NCBI GenBank assembly: GCA_029548865.1
Contig: JAKPMO010000022.1
Coordinates: 1 to 43,960 of the forward strand
From: Caldisericota bacterium
GTDB taxonomy: Bacteria; Caldisericota; Caldisericia; JAAYUI01
Length of the DNA stretch: 43,960 nt
Direction: 5' to 3'
The position numbers and the translations under genes were made by a program. Below, piece after piece: positions 8,246 through 17,737 of the stretch (its first letter is position 1; each line of letters opens with the position of its first letter). The notes beneath the pieces are model-generated. The model saw only the letters and a list, made by a program, of their open reading frames with translations. It did no database searches and was not told the DNA's origin.

Positions 8246-10611
8246 GATTTTTTTCAATTCTGTCAGTTATTGCCATTATTTCTACCTCATCGTTTCCTGT
8301 GGGGATGATAGGCATTAGAGACGATGGTTCACATTTCAAATACCCAAAATCAGTATTTGTTGACCCTGAGTCAAAGAACATGTTCGTGGCAGACACCGGA
8401 AATAAAAGAATAGTGCTATTAAAAAGTGATGATGGCACATTCATAATGGATTTTGGCAAAGAAAGATTGAAAAATCCAACAAAAGTGATCCAGGATAAGG
8501 GTTCAAGACTGCTAGTTTGTGACCCAGAAGCAAAAGCAATCCATCTTTTCGACAGAAAAGGGGCTTACCTTGCCGATTTCTCCGTAGGGAATGATCCTGT
8601 AACAGGCATTATCGAGCCAATATCATTGGCTTTTGATAAAAATGGTAGATTCTTTGTGCTCGATCATGGGGCCTGCCAAATCAAGATATTTGAAAGCTCG
8701 GGTGAATTTCTGTTTTCGATGGGGTCCAAAGGTGATGGGGAAAGCCAATTATTAGAACCTTCTGATGTTGCTCTCGATGCAGAAGGGAATGTTTATGCAA
8801 CTGACACAGGCAACAACAGGGTTGTGGTATTTGATAAAACTGGCACCTTCAAAATTTCTTTTGGCCAAGATGAACTCTCCCACCCAACAGGGATAGCAAT
8901 AAATTCCACCAATGTATACGTCTCAAACACTGGCAAGCACGAAATCTCTGTCTTCTCAAAAAAAGATTTTACCTACAAGGGGAATTACGGGGCAATCGGA
9001 AGTGGTAATTCCCAGCTTAGGTTCCCAATAGGACTTTGCCTTGATTCCGATCAAAAGCTCTGGATAGCCGATTCCGGCAACTGCAGGGTTGTTCAAACTC
9101 AAAAACTGGAATTTGTAAAATCCATCGGTACTGATGGCATAACGATTTCCCCAAAAGGTTTGGTTCTCAAAGATGGCATGATTTATGTCTCGGAGCCAGA
9201 AGCAAACTGCATCAACGTTTACGAAGTCCAAAGTGGGTCCTTTTCAAGATCCATAGGCCTTCAGGGAACAAACCTTACAAGCCTAAATTCACCACAATCA
9301 TGCTGTATATCGTCAAGAGATGATCTTATAGTTGCAGACACAGGGAACCACAGGATACAAGTATACAGTCTGTCTGGGGAACACCTTGTGAGTTTTGGCT
9401 CGCAAGGTTCTGGAATCGGTCAGTTCGAATCACCAACATCCATAGCTTGCACAAAAAGCGGAAACATAATCGTGGCCGACTCGGGCAACTCAAGGGTTTG
9501 TGTGCTCACACTTGGCGGTGCCTGGCAATTTGACATAACAAAAGAGCTAAAAAAACCTGTTGCAGTTGCAGAGGACATGATTGGCAACATCTGGGTGTGC
9601 GACCAGGAACTTGGCAAGGTGCTAATATTTGACCAGAAGGGAAACCAGGTCAATGAAATCCAAGGTTTCAACAAACCAAGTGCGATTTTCTGCGATGCAA
9701 TGGGAAGATTGTTTGTAGCTGACGAAGAAACAGGTCTTATAAAAGTGTTTTCAACAACAGGGTACGAACTTGCAGCAATAGGTGGGGAAGGCGGCCCAAT
9801 GTCAGCTACAAAACCACCTTTCTTGCCAGAACAACCTGGCAAGTTCTTCAAGCCTTATGGAATAACAGCTTCTGATGATTACGTTTATGTTTCAGACACA
9901 GGGAATTCCCGCATCCAAAAGATTCCTCTTGCGGCATTTGGCGGACTCCCAAAACTCGGAACAGACAAATTTACTTTGGATTTTCCAAAGGTGCCAAGAT
10001 CGTCAAAACGTTCCCAAACACTAAAAATAACCAATGATGGCGACGGGCTCATCGAAGGAACAATTTCAACCGACCAGCCATGGATACTAGTCGGACAGGC
10101 AACATTCACCGGCGACACTGAGGTAACAATAACACTTGATGGGACAAAAGCGCCAGAAGGCCAAAGAGAAGGAACCCTCACCATTCAAAGCAATGGTGGC
10201 ATAGTAAAAATCAAAATCACTGGAAGATTTTTTACCGGACAGATCAAACGGCTTGAAATAAAGGTTGGCAGCAACACAGTCATCTCCAGCGGAAAAAAGA
10301 TTTATGTCACGCCGGCACCACTAAAAGATACTAAATACAACAAGGTTTACACTGCTTTTAGATTTGTAGGCGAAGAGCTTGGGGCAGACGTAATACTCTC
10401 CGGTAAAAAAATAATCTATATCCTGGAAGGCAGAACATTACAGCTAACAATAGGGTCCCAAAAAGCATCATTCCAGGGAAAAGAAATGGACATGGGTTCA
10501 CCATGCTACATGTATGGCAAAGTACCACTTGTGCCCCTCAGGTTTGTTGCCGAAACACTTGGCGCAACCTTGATGTCCGAGGGCAACAAAATAATTGTCG
10601 AATACCCATGA
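8242..10611 (+). CDS. Secreted NHL-repeat beta-propeller protein with Ig-like (BACON/ASH-like) and C-terminal copper-amine-oxidase-N (stalk) domains
   Basis: Signal peptide; many F..P.G...YVADTGNxRI repeats; LKITNDGDG...PWI; C-terminal VPLRFVAETLGA. Confidence 0.85.
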   Translation: MRFFSILSVIAIISTSSFPVGMIGIRDDGSHFKYPKSVFVDPESKNMFVADTGNKRIVLLKSDDGTFIMDFGKERLKNPTKVIQDKGSRLLVCDPEAKAIHLFDRKGAYLADFSVGNDPVTGIIEPISLAFDKNGRFFVLDHGACQIKIFESSGEFLFSMGSKGDGESQLLEPSDVALDAEGNVYATDTGNNRVVVFDKTGTFKISFGQDELSHPTGIAINSTNVYVSNTGKHEISVFSKKDFTYKGNYGAIGSGNSQLRFPIGLCLDSDQKLWIADSGNCRVVQTQKLEFVKSIGTDGITISPKGLVLKDGMIYVSEPEANCINVYEVQSGSFSRSIGLQGTNLTSLNSPQSCCISSRDDLIVADTGNHRIQVYSLSGEHLVSFGSQGSGIGQFESPTSIACTKSGNIIVADSGNSRVCVLTLGGAWQFDITKELKKPVAVAEDMIGNIWVCDQELGKVLIFDQKGNQVNEIQGFNKPSAIFCDAMGRLFVADEETGLIKVFSTTGYELAAIGGEGGPMSATKPPFLPEQPGKFFKPYGITASDDYVYVSDTGNSRIQKIPLAAFGGLPKLGTDKFTLDFPKVPRSSKRSQTLKITNDGDGLIEGTISTDQPWILVGQATFTGDTEVTITLDGTKAPEGQREGTLTIQSNGGIVKIKITGRFFTGQIKRLEIKVGSNTVISSGKKIYVTPAPLKDTKYNKVYTAFRFVGEELGADVILSGKKIIYILEGRTLQLTIGSQKASFQGKEMDMGSPCYMYGKVPLVPLRFVAETLGATLMSEGNKIIVEYP

Positions 10612-11330
10612 ACGAAACTGGCAATTTTATAAGGGGACTCAGATGGCACATCGGCGATCTTGATGGCACCGCAGATAGAATCGCAAACCTTCTAAATGAC
10701 AACAAAATCAATCATATAATCACAACAAATATGGAGATTCTTTCCATGGCTTTCAAAAATAAAGAACTCCGGGAATTGTGTACAAATGCCGATATGCACA
10801 TTCCGGATGGCATTGGCGCCGTAAGGTTGCTTAAAAAGCTTGGTTTTTCAAAAACACAAAGAATCCCTGGCATAGAGCTCTGCCTTGAGGCACTCAAAAA
10901 AATGCCCGAAGGAACAAAGATTTACCTGTTTGGGGCAAGGGAAGGTGTTGCCATAAAAGCCCTTGAAAAACTTTCTGCCAGGTTCCTCCAACTGACCTTT
11001 GCTGGTTGGCATGAGGGTTTCGGATATGAAGGCAACAAATTGGTGGAAGAGATAAACAATTCCGGGGCACAAGTTCTCCTTGTGGCCCTGGGCGTCCCAA
11101 AGCAGGAACTGTGGATAGCAAAAAACAAGTGTAATCTAAATAATATTCGTGTTGCAATAGGGGTCGGCGGAAGCTTTGATGTCTGGGCCGGAGATGTAAA
11201 CAGGGCACCCAGGTTTTTCCAGAAAACAAATCTGGAATGGGCCTGGCGCATTTTATCGCAACCTGCAAGATTACCAAAGTTTTTGAAGACCCTTGCCGGT
11301 TTTCTTCCGATCTATTTGAGGGCAAAATGA
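10608..11330 (+). CDS. tagA: WecB/TagA/CpsF-family glycosyltransferase (N-acetylmannosaminyltransferase-like)
   Basis: PDGIG, RIPGIEL, VALGVPKQELW, GVGGSFDV, RAP..Q..LEW.WR. Confidence 0.9.
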   Translation: MNETGNFIRGLRWHIGDLDGTADRIANLLNDNKINHIITTNMEILSMAFKNKELRELCTNADMHIPDGIGAVRLLKKLGFSKTQRIPGIELCLEALKKMPEGTKIYLFGAREGVAIKALEKLSARFLQLTFAGWHEGFGYEGNKLVEEINNSGAQVLLVALGVPKQELWIAKNKCNLNNIRVAIGVGGSFDVWAGDVNRAPRFFQKTNLEWAWRILSQPARLPKFLKTLAGFLPIYLRAK

Positions 11331-12394
11331 AGAAACTCACCCTCTGGGGCTACTATGGATTTGGAAATGTTGGCGATGAGGCGCTTCTTGATGTTTGCCT
11401 GAGTCTCATGAAAGATGTCAAAGTTGACCTCGTATGTGGGCCTATGCCATCGGTTAAAGTTTCAGAAAAGCTGTCCATTGTCCCGAGGAGCCCGGAAAAT
11501 CTGTACAAATCAATAAAATCTTCTGATGGTTTTGTGCTTGGCGCCGGGGGCTTGATACACGAGAGAGCAAAACCACTCGGAACCTACTACCACCTTTTGG
11601 GGCCATTCATATCAAAGTATTCCAGGAAACCGTACTGCGCCATTGGCCAGCAAATCGGCCCTTTTCAGAGGGACCTTACAAAAACACTTGCAAAAAAAGC
11701 GCTTGAAAAGGCAAGATTTATAACCGTTAGAGACAATATCTCGCAAGTTGAAGCAAGCTTTCTTGGTCTGAACACAACACTTTCTGCAGATCTGGCATTT
11801 CTCCTGAACCCCGAAGACCCATCAAGCGAAATTAAAAAAGTAATCGAATCAATGCCAAAACCAAGAATAATTTTTGCACCAGCTTCTTACATGGAGGAAA
11901 CCCCTTCTCCAGAATTCTGCGCAAAAGTTCTTGGAAGGATCATCTCATTAACCGGTGGCTCTTTAATAATAATCCCGTTTTTCCCGGGCAAAGATGACGA
12001 ATTTGGCGAAAAGACAGAGACGTTATTGCTCCCTGGAAGGGTACTGAGGCTCAAAAGTCTTATTGACTGGCGAGATGCCTTTGGGGCATTCAACTTATGC
12101 GATTTTTCGGTCCCAATGAGACTTCACTCTGTTATAGCATCCTCACTGGCCTGTATTCCAGCTTTGCCCATGCCATACTTTCAAAAAGTACGTTCCATAT
12201 CCTCCGAGATAGGCTATAGCACCATGATTGAAAAGGATGATCCAGATTGGGAGCAAAAATGCCTGTCCTTCCTCTCCACAAGCCAAAATATATGCCAGCA
12301 AACAGCTCTTCTCGCAAAAGATATGAGGAAGCGTGCCGAGATAACCGCAAAGTTAATGGAGGGCTTCATTGGGGATATGGAAAGAACTGCTTGA
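11327..12394 (+). CDS. csaB: Polysaccharide pyruvyl transferase, CsaB-like
   Basis: GYYGFGNVGDEA, GAGGL, QQIGP, TVRD, ADLA, MRLHS. Confidence 0.88.
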   Translation: MKKLTLWGYYGFGNVGDEALLDVCLSLMKDVKVDLVCGPMPSVKVSEKLSIVPRSPENLYKSIKSSDGFVLGAGGLIHERAKPLGTYYHLLGPFISKYSRKPYCAIGQQIGPFQRDLTKTLAKKALEKARFITVRDNISQVEASFLGLNTTLSADLAFLLNPEDPSSEIKKVIESMPKPRIIFAPASYMEETPSPEFCAKVLGRIISLTGGSLIIIPFFPGKDDEFGEKTETLLLPGRVLRLKSLIDWRDAFGAFNLCDFSVPMRLHSVIASSLACIPALPMPYFQKVRSISSEIGYSTMIEKDDPDWEQKCLSFLSTSQNICQQTALLAKDMRKRAEITAKLMEGFIGDMERTA

Positions 12395-13004
12395 TTTCGT
12401 ATTCCCTCCATCATGTGTGCTGTGCGGGGAAAACGGCACCCACCCCCTGTGCCGCAGTTGCATGGGAAAAATAGAAATAGATCCCGTTTGTTCGACCAAA
12501 ATGGGGTTGACGGTCACCAGTTTTTCAAAATACGAGGATGCAACAAGAACAATACTGGCAAGGTTCAAGTATGACTTTCAGGAACAAGTAGGGGTAATCA
12601 TCGCAGACCTCATGACCCCGTACTTATCGACTCTCGCGCCAAGAATACTCGTCCCGGTACCATTGCATTTCGTCAAGATACGCCAGAGAGGATTTAACCA
12701 GTCTGCGATCATTGCAAAAAGACTTTCAAAAAATCTCGGCTGGAAATATACCCCAAGGCTCATCATCAGGCAAAGGAACACAAAACCCCAGTTTGAGCTC
12801 GATGATGAAGAGCGGCTGGCAAATGTAGAAAAAGCTTTTGCCAGATATCCTTTTGCAACCATACATCCGGACCACCCATACATGCTTGTTGATGACATCG
12901 TCACCACCGGAGCAACACTGGCAAGCTGTGCAAAAATGTTAAGAGAGTCAGGTGCAACAAGGATCGAAGGCCTTACTTTTGCCAGGGCGAGGAATGTAAA
13001 CTAG
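12369..13004 (+). CDS. ComF-family double zinc ribbon/phosphoribosyltransferase protein
   Basis: FPPSCVLC..LCRSC, PVPLH, RGFNQS, LVDDIVTTGATL. Confidence 0.9.
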   Translation: MGIWKELLDFVFPPSCVLCGENGTHPLCRSCMGKIEIDPVCSTKMGLTVTSFSKYEDATRTILARFKYDFQEQVGVIIADLMTPYLSTLAPRILVPVPLHFVKIRQRGFNQSAIIAKRLSKNLGWKYTPRLIIRQRNTKPQFELDDEERLANVEKAFARYPFATIHPDHPYMLVDDIVTTGATLASCAKMLRESGATRIEGLTFARARNVN

Positions 13005-13060
13005 CAACCATTGAAACGCGAGGAATTTGTGATAAATAAAACCGCCATGGAGGAAAGAAT

Positions 13061-13609
13061 ATGAAAAACTCATGGTTTAGTTTCCTGGTTCACCTAAGAA
13101 GTCTTGTCACTGTATCAATTCTTACAGCCCTTGCAATCGCCTCAAAGTTTGCAACCTTCTTCATTGGAGCAACAAAATTCGATCCAGCTGGTCCTGCAGT
13201 AATAATGATCGCTGGCATGATGTATGGGCCAATCGCTGGCGCAATTGTTGGAGGTTTAGCTGATTTTCTCGGTTTCCTTGTATACAACCCTACGGGGTTC
13301 GCATGGAACCCGGTAGTGACAGTTGGAAATATCTGTCTTGGTTTCTTTGCCGGCCTTTTTTATTGGATTTTTAAATATTTTTCCAAGCCAAAACAGGCCG
13401 CGGCACTACCAATAATAATATCTACCTTTGCTGGAAGATTGATAGGATTTTTTGTCACAACATGGGGGCTTATTGCCACATACAAAATGGATTTCTACGG
13501 AACCCTCATGGCAAGAATTCCCTCAGAACCATTTCTAATGATCTGGTATATCGTGGTCACCCTGGCAATCATGCTCTGGGTAGAAAAAAACAAATGGAGT
13601 GAAGAATGA
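13061..13609 (+). CDS. ECF transporter S component (FolT-like, substrate uncertain)
   Basis: About 6 TM helices, GMMYGPIAGAIVGGLADFLG motif; GGAGG RBS. Confidence 0.75.
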   Translation: MKNSWFSFLVHLRSLVTVSILTALAIASKFATFFIGATKFDPAGPAVIMIAGMMYGPIAGAIVGGLADFLGFLVYNPTGFAWNPVVTVGNICLGFFAGLFYWIFKYFSKPKQAAALPIIISTFAGRLIGFFVTTWGLIATYKMDFYGTLMARIPSEPFLMIWYIVVTLAIMLWVEKNKWSEE

Positions 13610-13812
13610 CGGTAGACATCAGAAGTAAAAGTATAATGTGCAGTGGCTGTGCGCAAACCATCACCAAGGCCCTGATGGGTGTCATAGGGGTCAAGTCGGT
13701 ATCGGTTGATGTGCCCAAAAAAACAGTCACCGTGGACTTTGACGAGAGAACAACCAGCGAGCTTGTGCTCAGGACTGTAATGATAGGAGCTGGCTACCCG
13801 CCAGACGCCTGA
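13606..13812 (+). CDS. Heavy-metal-associated (CopZ-like) chaperone
   Basis: IMCSGCA (CxxC), GV..V.VD...K.V.V, AGY; 68 aa. Confidence 0.85.
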   Translation: MTVDIRSKSIMCSGCAQTITKALMGVIGVKSVSVDVPKKTVTVDFDERTTSELVLRTVMIGAGYPPDA

Positions 13813-13819
13813 TCCAGGC

Positions 13820-14767
13820 CTAGTAAAGCAAGTAGAAGAGGCCAAGCATCAGTAAGCCAAAAACTGCTGATGCCACCCAGAACACCACCACCACTTTGAT
13901 CTCTTTCCAGCCGGAAAGTTCAAAGTGGTGGTGGATTGGACTCATCTTAAAAATTCTGACACCCTTTTTCAGCGGAGATATGTATTTTGTGTATTTGAAA
14001 TAACCCACCTGAATCATCGAGGAAAGCGCTTCTATGATGAAGAGGCCTGCACCAACAGCGAAAAGCCAGATATGTCCTGAATAGATTGCAGAAACAACAA
14101 GCACTCCCCCAATGGCATTTGAGCCAAAATTCCCCATCCATATCTTTGCAGGCTTGAGATTGACAAAGAGAAAACCCAGAAGGGCACCTGCAAGAGCAAG
14201 CGGGACAACTGTCGCTGTAGGCTGTGTCGCCCAGATGATGGGCGCGAGGCACAACAAAGTGATGGAAGAAGCACCCGCTGCGAGACCATCAAGACCGTCT
14301 GCAAGATTGGCTGCATTGACCCCGCCAACCATGATAAACAGATAGAATGCGAAATTGAGCCAGTTTGGGGCTGATTGCCCAAAGGCACTTGGCAGGGTGC
14401 CCCAATTAAAAATGAGGAACGGCAAAGCAAAAATTACCTGGAGGATTACAGTCCATCTACCTGAAAGACCATATGGCGAGTGACGGAAAACTTTTATATA
14501 ATCGTCTATAAAACCCACCAGCCCATAAGCAAGCAGGGCATAGACTCCCCAAAAAACATCTTTTGTCTTTACTGGTGAAATGATGGCAGCAAGCAATGTT
14601 GCCAAAATGAAAATAAAACCACCCATGGTTGGAGTCCCAGCTTTTGCATAATGTGTTTTTGGGCCTTCTTCCCTAACCTGCTGACCAGCTTTTAATTTGC
14701 GCATAAGCCAAATGACTGGCCATGAAAAAACAAGCGAAAATATAAACGAGAAAATCAAAGATTCCAT
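13820..14767 (-). CDS. mraY: Phospho-N-acetylmuramoyl-pentapeptide transferase
   Basis: GQQVREEGPKTH..KAGTPTMGG, GFIDDY, NLADGLDGL, PIHHHFELSGW; GAGGTG RBS before ATG 14767. Confidence 0.92.
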   Translation of the reverse strand: MESLIFSFIFSLVFSWPVIWLMRKLKAGQQVREEGPKTHYAKAGTPTMGGFIFILATLLAAIISPVKTKDVFWGVYALLAYGLVGFIDDYIKVFRHSPYGLSGRWTVILQVIFALPFLIFNWGTLPSAFGQSAPNWLNFAFYLFIMVGGVNAANLADGLDGLAAGASSITLLCLAPIIWATQPTATVVPLALAGALLGFLFVNLKPAKIWMGNFGSNAIGGVLVVSAIYSGHIWLFAVGAGLFIIEALSSMIQVGYFKYTKYISPLKKGVRIFKMSPIHHHFELSGWKEIKVVVVFWVASAVFGLLMLGLFYLLY

Positions 14768-14789
14768 TTTCACCTCACAAATACAAGGC

Positions 14790-14817
14790 ATTATAACTTC
14801 CGAGTGTTTCGTGTAAA
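14790..14817 (-). promoter_or_regulatory. Sigma70-type promoter of mraY
   Basis: TTTACA (14817-14812), 16 bp, TATAAT (14795-14790). Confidence 0.6.
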
Positions 14818-14886
14818 GTGAGGGTAAGTTTTGTTTTTACCCAAATAGTTTTAGATTAGATTTGTGTTTATATTATAGGAGGCAAC

Positions 14887-16308
14887 ATGAGCGAAGAAGA
14901 AAAAAAAGAAACGCTGGGTTCCAAGCTGTTCTATAAAACCAAAAACGTTTGGGAAACCACAGAGAACCACGCTGAAATCATGAATTTTGCAAAACCATAC
15001 AAAACATTCCTCGACCAGTGCAAAACTGAAAGGGAAGCTGTGGCTTGGGCTGCAAAAAAGCTTGAGGACGCTGGTTTCAAAACACCTGGCAATGGAGACA
15101 AAATCTTCATGGTCAATAGGGGCAAGGCAGTCATCGCTGCAAGGCTTGGCAAAAAGCCGATCAAGGAAGGCTTCAACATTGTGGTTTCACACGTTGATGC
15201 ACCAAGACTGGATCTCAAGCAAGTGCCATTCTACGAAGATTCCGGGCACGCAATGCTCGATACCCACTACTATGGCGGAATAAAAAAATACCAGTGGGCC
15301 AACATACCGCTTGCCATGCACGGCAGGATAATCAAGGCTGATGGCTCAAAGATTGATCTTGTCTGGGGTGAAGACGAGAATGAGGGATCACTCCTGATTC
15401 CAGATATCCTCATCCACCTTGCACAGAAGCAGATGGAAGGGTCGGCCGCAAAGGCACTCACAGGCGAACAGATGAACGCTATCGCCGGAACGATCCCGAT
15501 ACCAGGCAAGGAATATGAGAAAGAGTCAGACAAGGTAAAATTGAATGTTCTCAAAATCCTCAACGACAAATATGGCATCATGGAGGCAGATTTTGTCTCG
15601 GCAGAGATCGAGCTTGTCCCATCAGAAAATTGCAGGGAGATTGGCATAGATAACTCCTGCATCATTGGCTACGGCCATGATGACAGGATATGTTCCTATT
15701 CCGCACTCCAGGCCCTTCTGGATATGAAGGAACAGCCAGAGCGTACCGCAATAGCATACCTCGTCGACAAGGAAGAGATCGGTTCCGAAGGTACAACCGG
15801 TGCAATCACAAAATTCCTTGAATACTTTATCGAGAAGATTGCCGGTACATGCGATACAACAGAAATCATGCAGAATTCGTTCTGCATGTCAGGTGATGTA
15901 AATGCAGGGTATGATGTCAACTTCAAGGAAAATTTCGAAGCGAAGAATGCCTCTTTCCTTGGTAAGGGCATAACCATAACAAAATTCACCGGCAGGGGTG
16001 GAAAAGGTGGAGCAAACGACGCATCGGCCGAATTCATGGGCGCAATAAGGAAGCTCCTCTCTGACAATAACATTGTCTTCCAAACTGCAGAACTCGGCGC
16101 TGTCGACATTGGTGGCGGTGGAACTGTTGCAATGTACTTCGCAGCAAGAGGGATAGACACAATCGATGCTGGCCCGGCAGTCCTTGGAATGCACGCACCA
16201 AAAGAAACTATAAGTAAGGCAGACCTCTTCAGCACCTACCAGGCATACAAGACCTTCCTCGACAAATTCGCCGGGGAGTATGCAAAGATAGCTAAAAACA
16301 CCAACTGA
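14887..16308 (+). CDS. M18-family aminopeptidase
   Basis: SHVDAPRLDLK, HYYGGIKKYQW, GHDDR, DKEEIGS, GMHAP. Confidence 0.93.
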   Translation: MSEEEKKETLGSKLFYKTKNVWETTENHAEIMNFAKPYKTFLDQCKTEREAVAWAAKKLEDAGFKTPGNGDKIFMVNRGKAVIAARLGKKPIKEGFNIVVSHVDAPRLDLKQVPFYEDSGHAMLDTHYYGGIKKYQWANIPLAMHGRIIKADGSKIDLVWGEDENEGSLLIPDILIHLAQKQMEGSAAKALTGEQMNAIAGTIPIPGKEYEKESDKVKLNVLKILNDKYGIMEADFVSAEIELVPSENCREIGIDNSCIIGYGHDDRICSYSALQALLDMKEQPERTAIAYLVDKEEIGSEGTTGAITKFLEYFIEKIAGTCDTTEIMQNSFCMSGDVNAGYDVNFKENFEAKNASFLGKGITITKFTGRGGKGGANDASAEFMGAIRKLLSDNNIVFQTAELGAVDIGGGGTVAMYFAARGIDTIDAGPAVLGMHAPKETISKADLFSTYQAYKTFLDKFAGEYAKIAKNTN

Positions 16309-16727
16309 TGAAAATCAAAAAGCTCAGACAGGACGCAATACTTCCTCAAAGAGCACATGACACGGACGCAGGGCTCGATCTCACCACACCGGATGAGGTC
16401 GAGCTTTTGCCTTTAGAGAGAAAGCTTGTCATGCTCGGATTTTCAATGTCCATTCCCGACGGGATGGTCGGTCTCGTTTGCCCCCGCTCAGGGCTTGCGG
16501 CCAAAAATGGCATAACCGTATTGAACGCACCAGGAATAGTTGATTCGGGATACAGGGGTGAAGTAGGGGTTGTGCTGATCAATCTTGGGAAAGACAAAAC
16601 CGTGCTTCCAAAAGGTTCAAGGATTGCCCAGATGGTCATTGTATCATACAATGACATGCAGCCGGTGTGGGCCGAAAACCTTGATGAAACAGAGAGAGGG
16701 CAAGGCGGTTTCGGTTCAACTTCCTGA
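16308..16727 (+). CDS. dut: dUTP diphosphatase
   Basis: AGLDL, PRSGLA, GIVDSGYRGE, RIAQ, RGQGGFGST. Confidence 0.96.
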   Translation: MKIKKLRQDAILPQRAHDTDAGLDLTTPDEVELLPLERKLVMLGFSMSIPDGMVGLVCPRSGLAAKNGITVLNAPGIVDSGYRGEVGVVLINLGKDKTVLPKGSRIAQMVIVSYNDMQPVWAENLDETERGQGGFGSTS

Positions 16728-16740
16728 GGAGGAAGTTACT

Positions 16741-17676
16741 TTGGACAAGCAACATATTGAATTGTTCACTAATCTTGACGGGAATTTTCATGACTCATTC
16801 ACGGAAGCACTTTCCACAACATTAAATATCAATGGAATTATCACCAGCACAGGTTTTCTGGCAGGACTCACGGGCACAGCATTCGCCCCCGCATGCAATA
16901 CCGACGAGGAATGTACTGCATGGTGGACGGAATCTGATTGCATTGATCACAGGCTCGATTTTATCAAAGATGCGATTAGTCTGGACATAAAAACTTTCAA
17001 CCTGGGAAAAGGAATATGGCCAATCCCTGAAAAATTGCCTGAAGAAGCATTGCTACACATTGCGAACGAGAAGGCAGTTCTCCTTAAATCATGGCCAGTG
17101 TGGCAAATTGCAGCCAACACAGATGGAAAGGCTGAAAAAATAGCGTTTAAGGGATTTGAAGGACTTGATTGGTGCGAAAACTGTTTCAAAAATTGTTTTA
17201 TTATTACAGCAAAGGCAAGATCCTCCGACGAAAAATGCACTGTACTTGAAGCCATAAAGCATGGTGCAAAGCTGGCCACGGGGAATTTTTCAATTGGCAC
17301 AACTTTTTGGGGGACAGCCCTCTATGATAAAGCGATCGAGAAGCTGGAAGAAGAGTATTTTTGCCCTTCCTGCAAAGAAGAGAGCATTGGCTGTGCATAC
17401 AGAACATTCAGAAGGATTGAGGGAACCATTTTTTACGGAAAATCTTTCACCAACGAAATTAAAAAACTCGGTTTAATAAAAGGTCAAATTTCAAATGAGC
17501 TGACAAGCACTCTTGAAACTATGTCCAAGGTCGCAGAAAAATTGACAAGCAAGGGCTTCAGGGAAAGATATACTTCCGACAGTTTTGCATCAGATTCAAA
17601 AATATCACTCCTGGAGCTGAAAAAAGGCCAGGAGAAAATTGGTGAGCTATGGACAAAAGCTGCTTTATCAATCTAA
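16741..17676 (+). CDS. Hypothetical Cys-rich protein
   Basis: Long ORF; GGAGGA RBS before TTG 16741 directly after the dut stop; motifs WCENC and FCPSC...IGC. Confidence 0.7.
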   Translation: MDKQHIELFTNLDGNFHDSFTEALSTTLNINGIITSTGFLAGLTGTAFAPACNTDEECTAWWTESDCIDHRLDFIKDAISLDIKTFNLGKGIWPIPEKLPEEALLHIANEKAVLLKSWPVWQIAANTDGKAEKIAFKGFEGLDWCENCFKNCFIITAKARSSDEKCTVLEAIKHGAKLATGNFSIGTTFWGTALYDKAIEKLEEEYFCPSCKEESIGCAYRTFRRIEGTIFYGKSFTNEIKKLGLIKGQISNELTSTLETMSKVAEKLTSKGFRERYTSDSFASDSKISLLELKKGQEKIGELWTKAALSI

Positions 17677-17737
17677 TTAGAGGGTGTATATATTTTGACC
17701 CTTTGATTGTTATTTTTCTTTGCTAAAATAGCCTGCA

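Noticed and set aside
13005..13060. THF or other riboswitch upstream of the ECF S component; GCGAGGAAT direct repeat
   Set aside because: The intergenic gap is only 56 nt with no aptamer fold; one repeat copy lies in comF coding sequence and 9 nt is compatible with chance
16585..16740. N-terminal extension of the hypothetical ORF (likewise track starts at 1565, 10503, 11237, 24694, 36182, 42677)
   Set aside because: These overlap upstream genes or promoters; downstream starts with an RBS or ATGA coupling fit better
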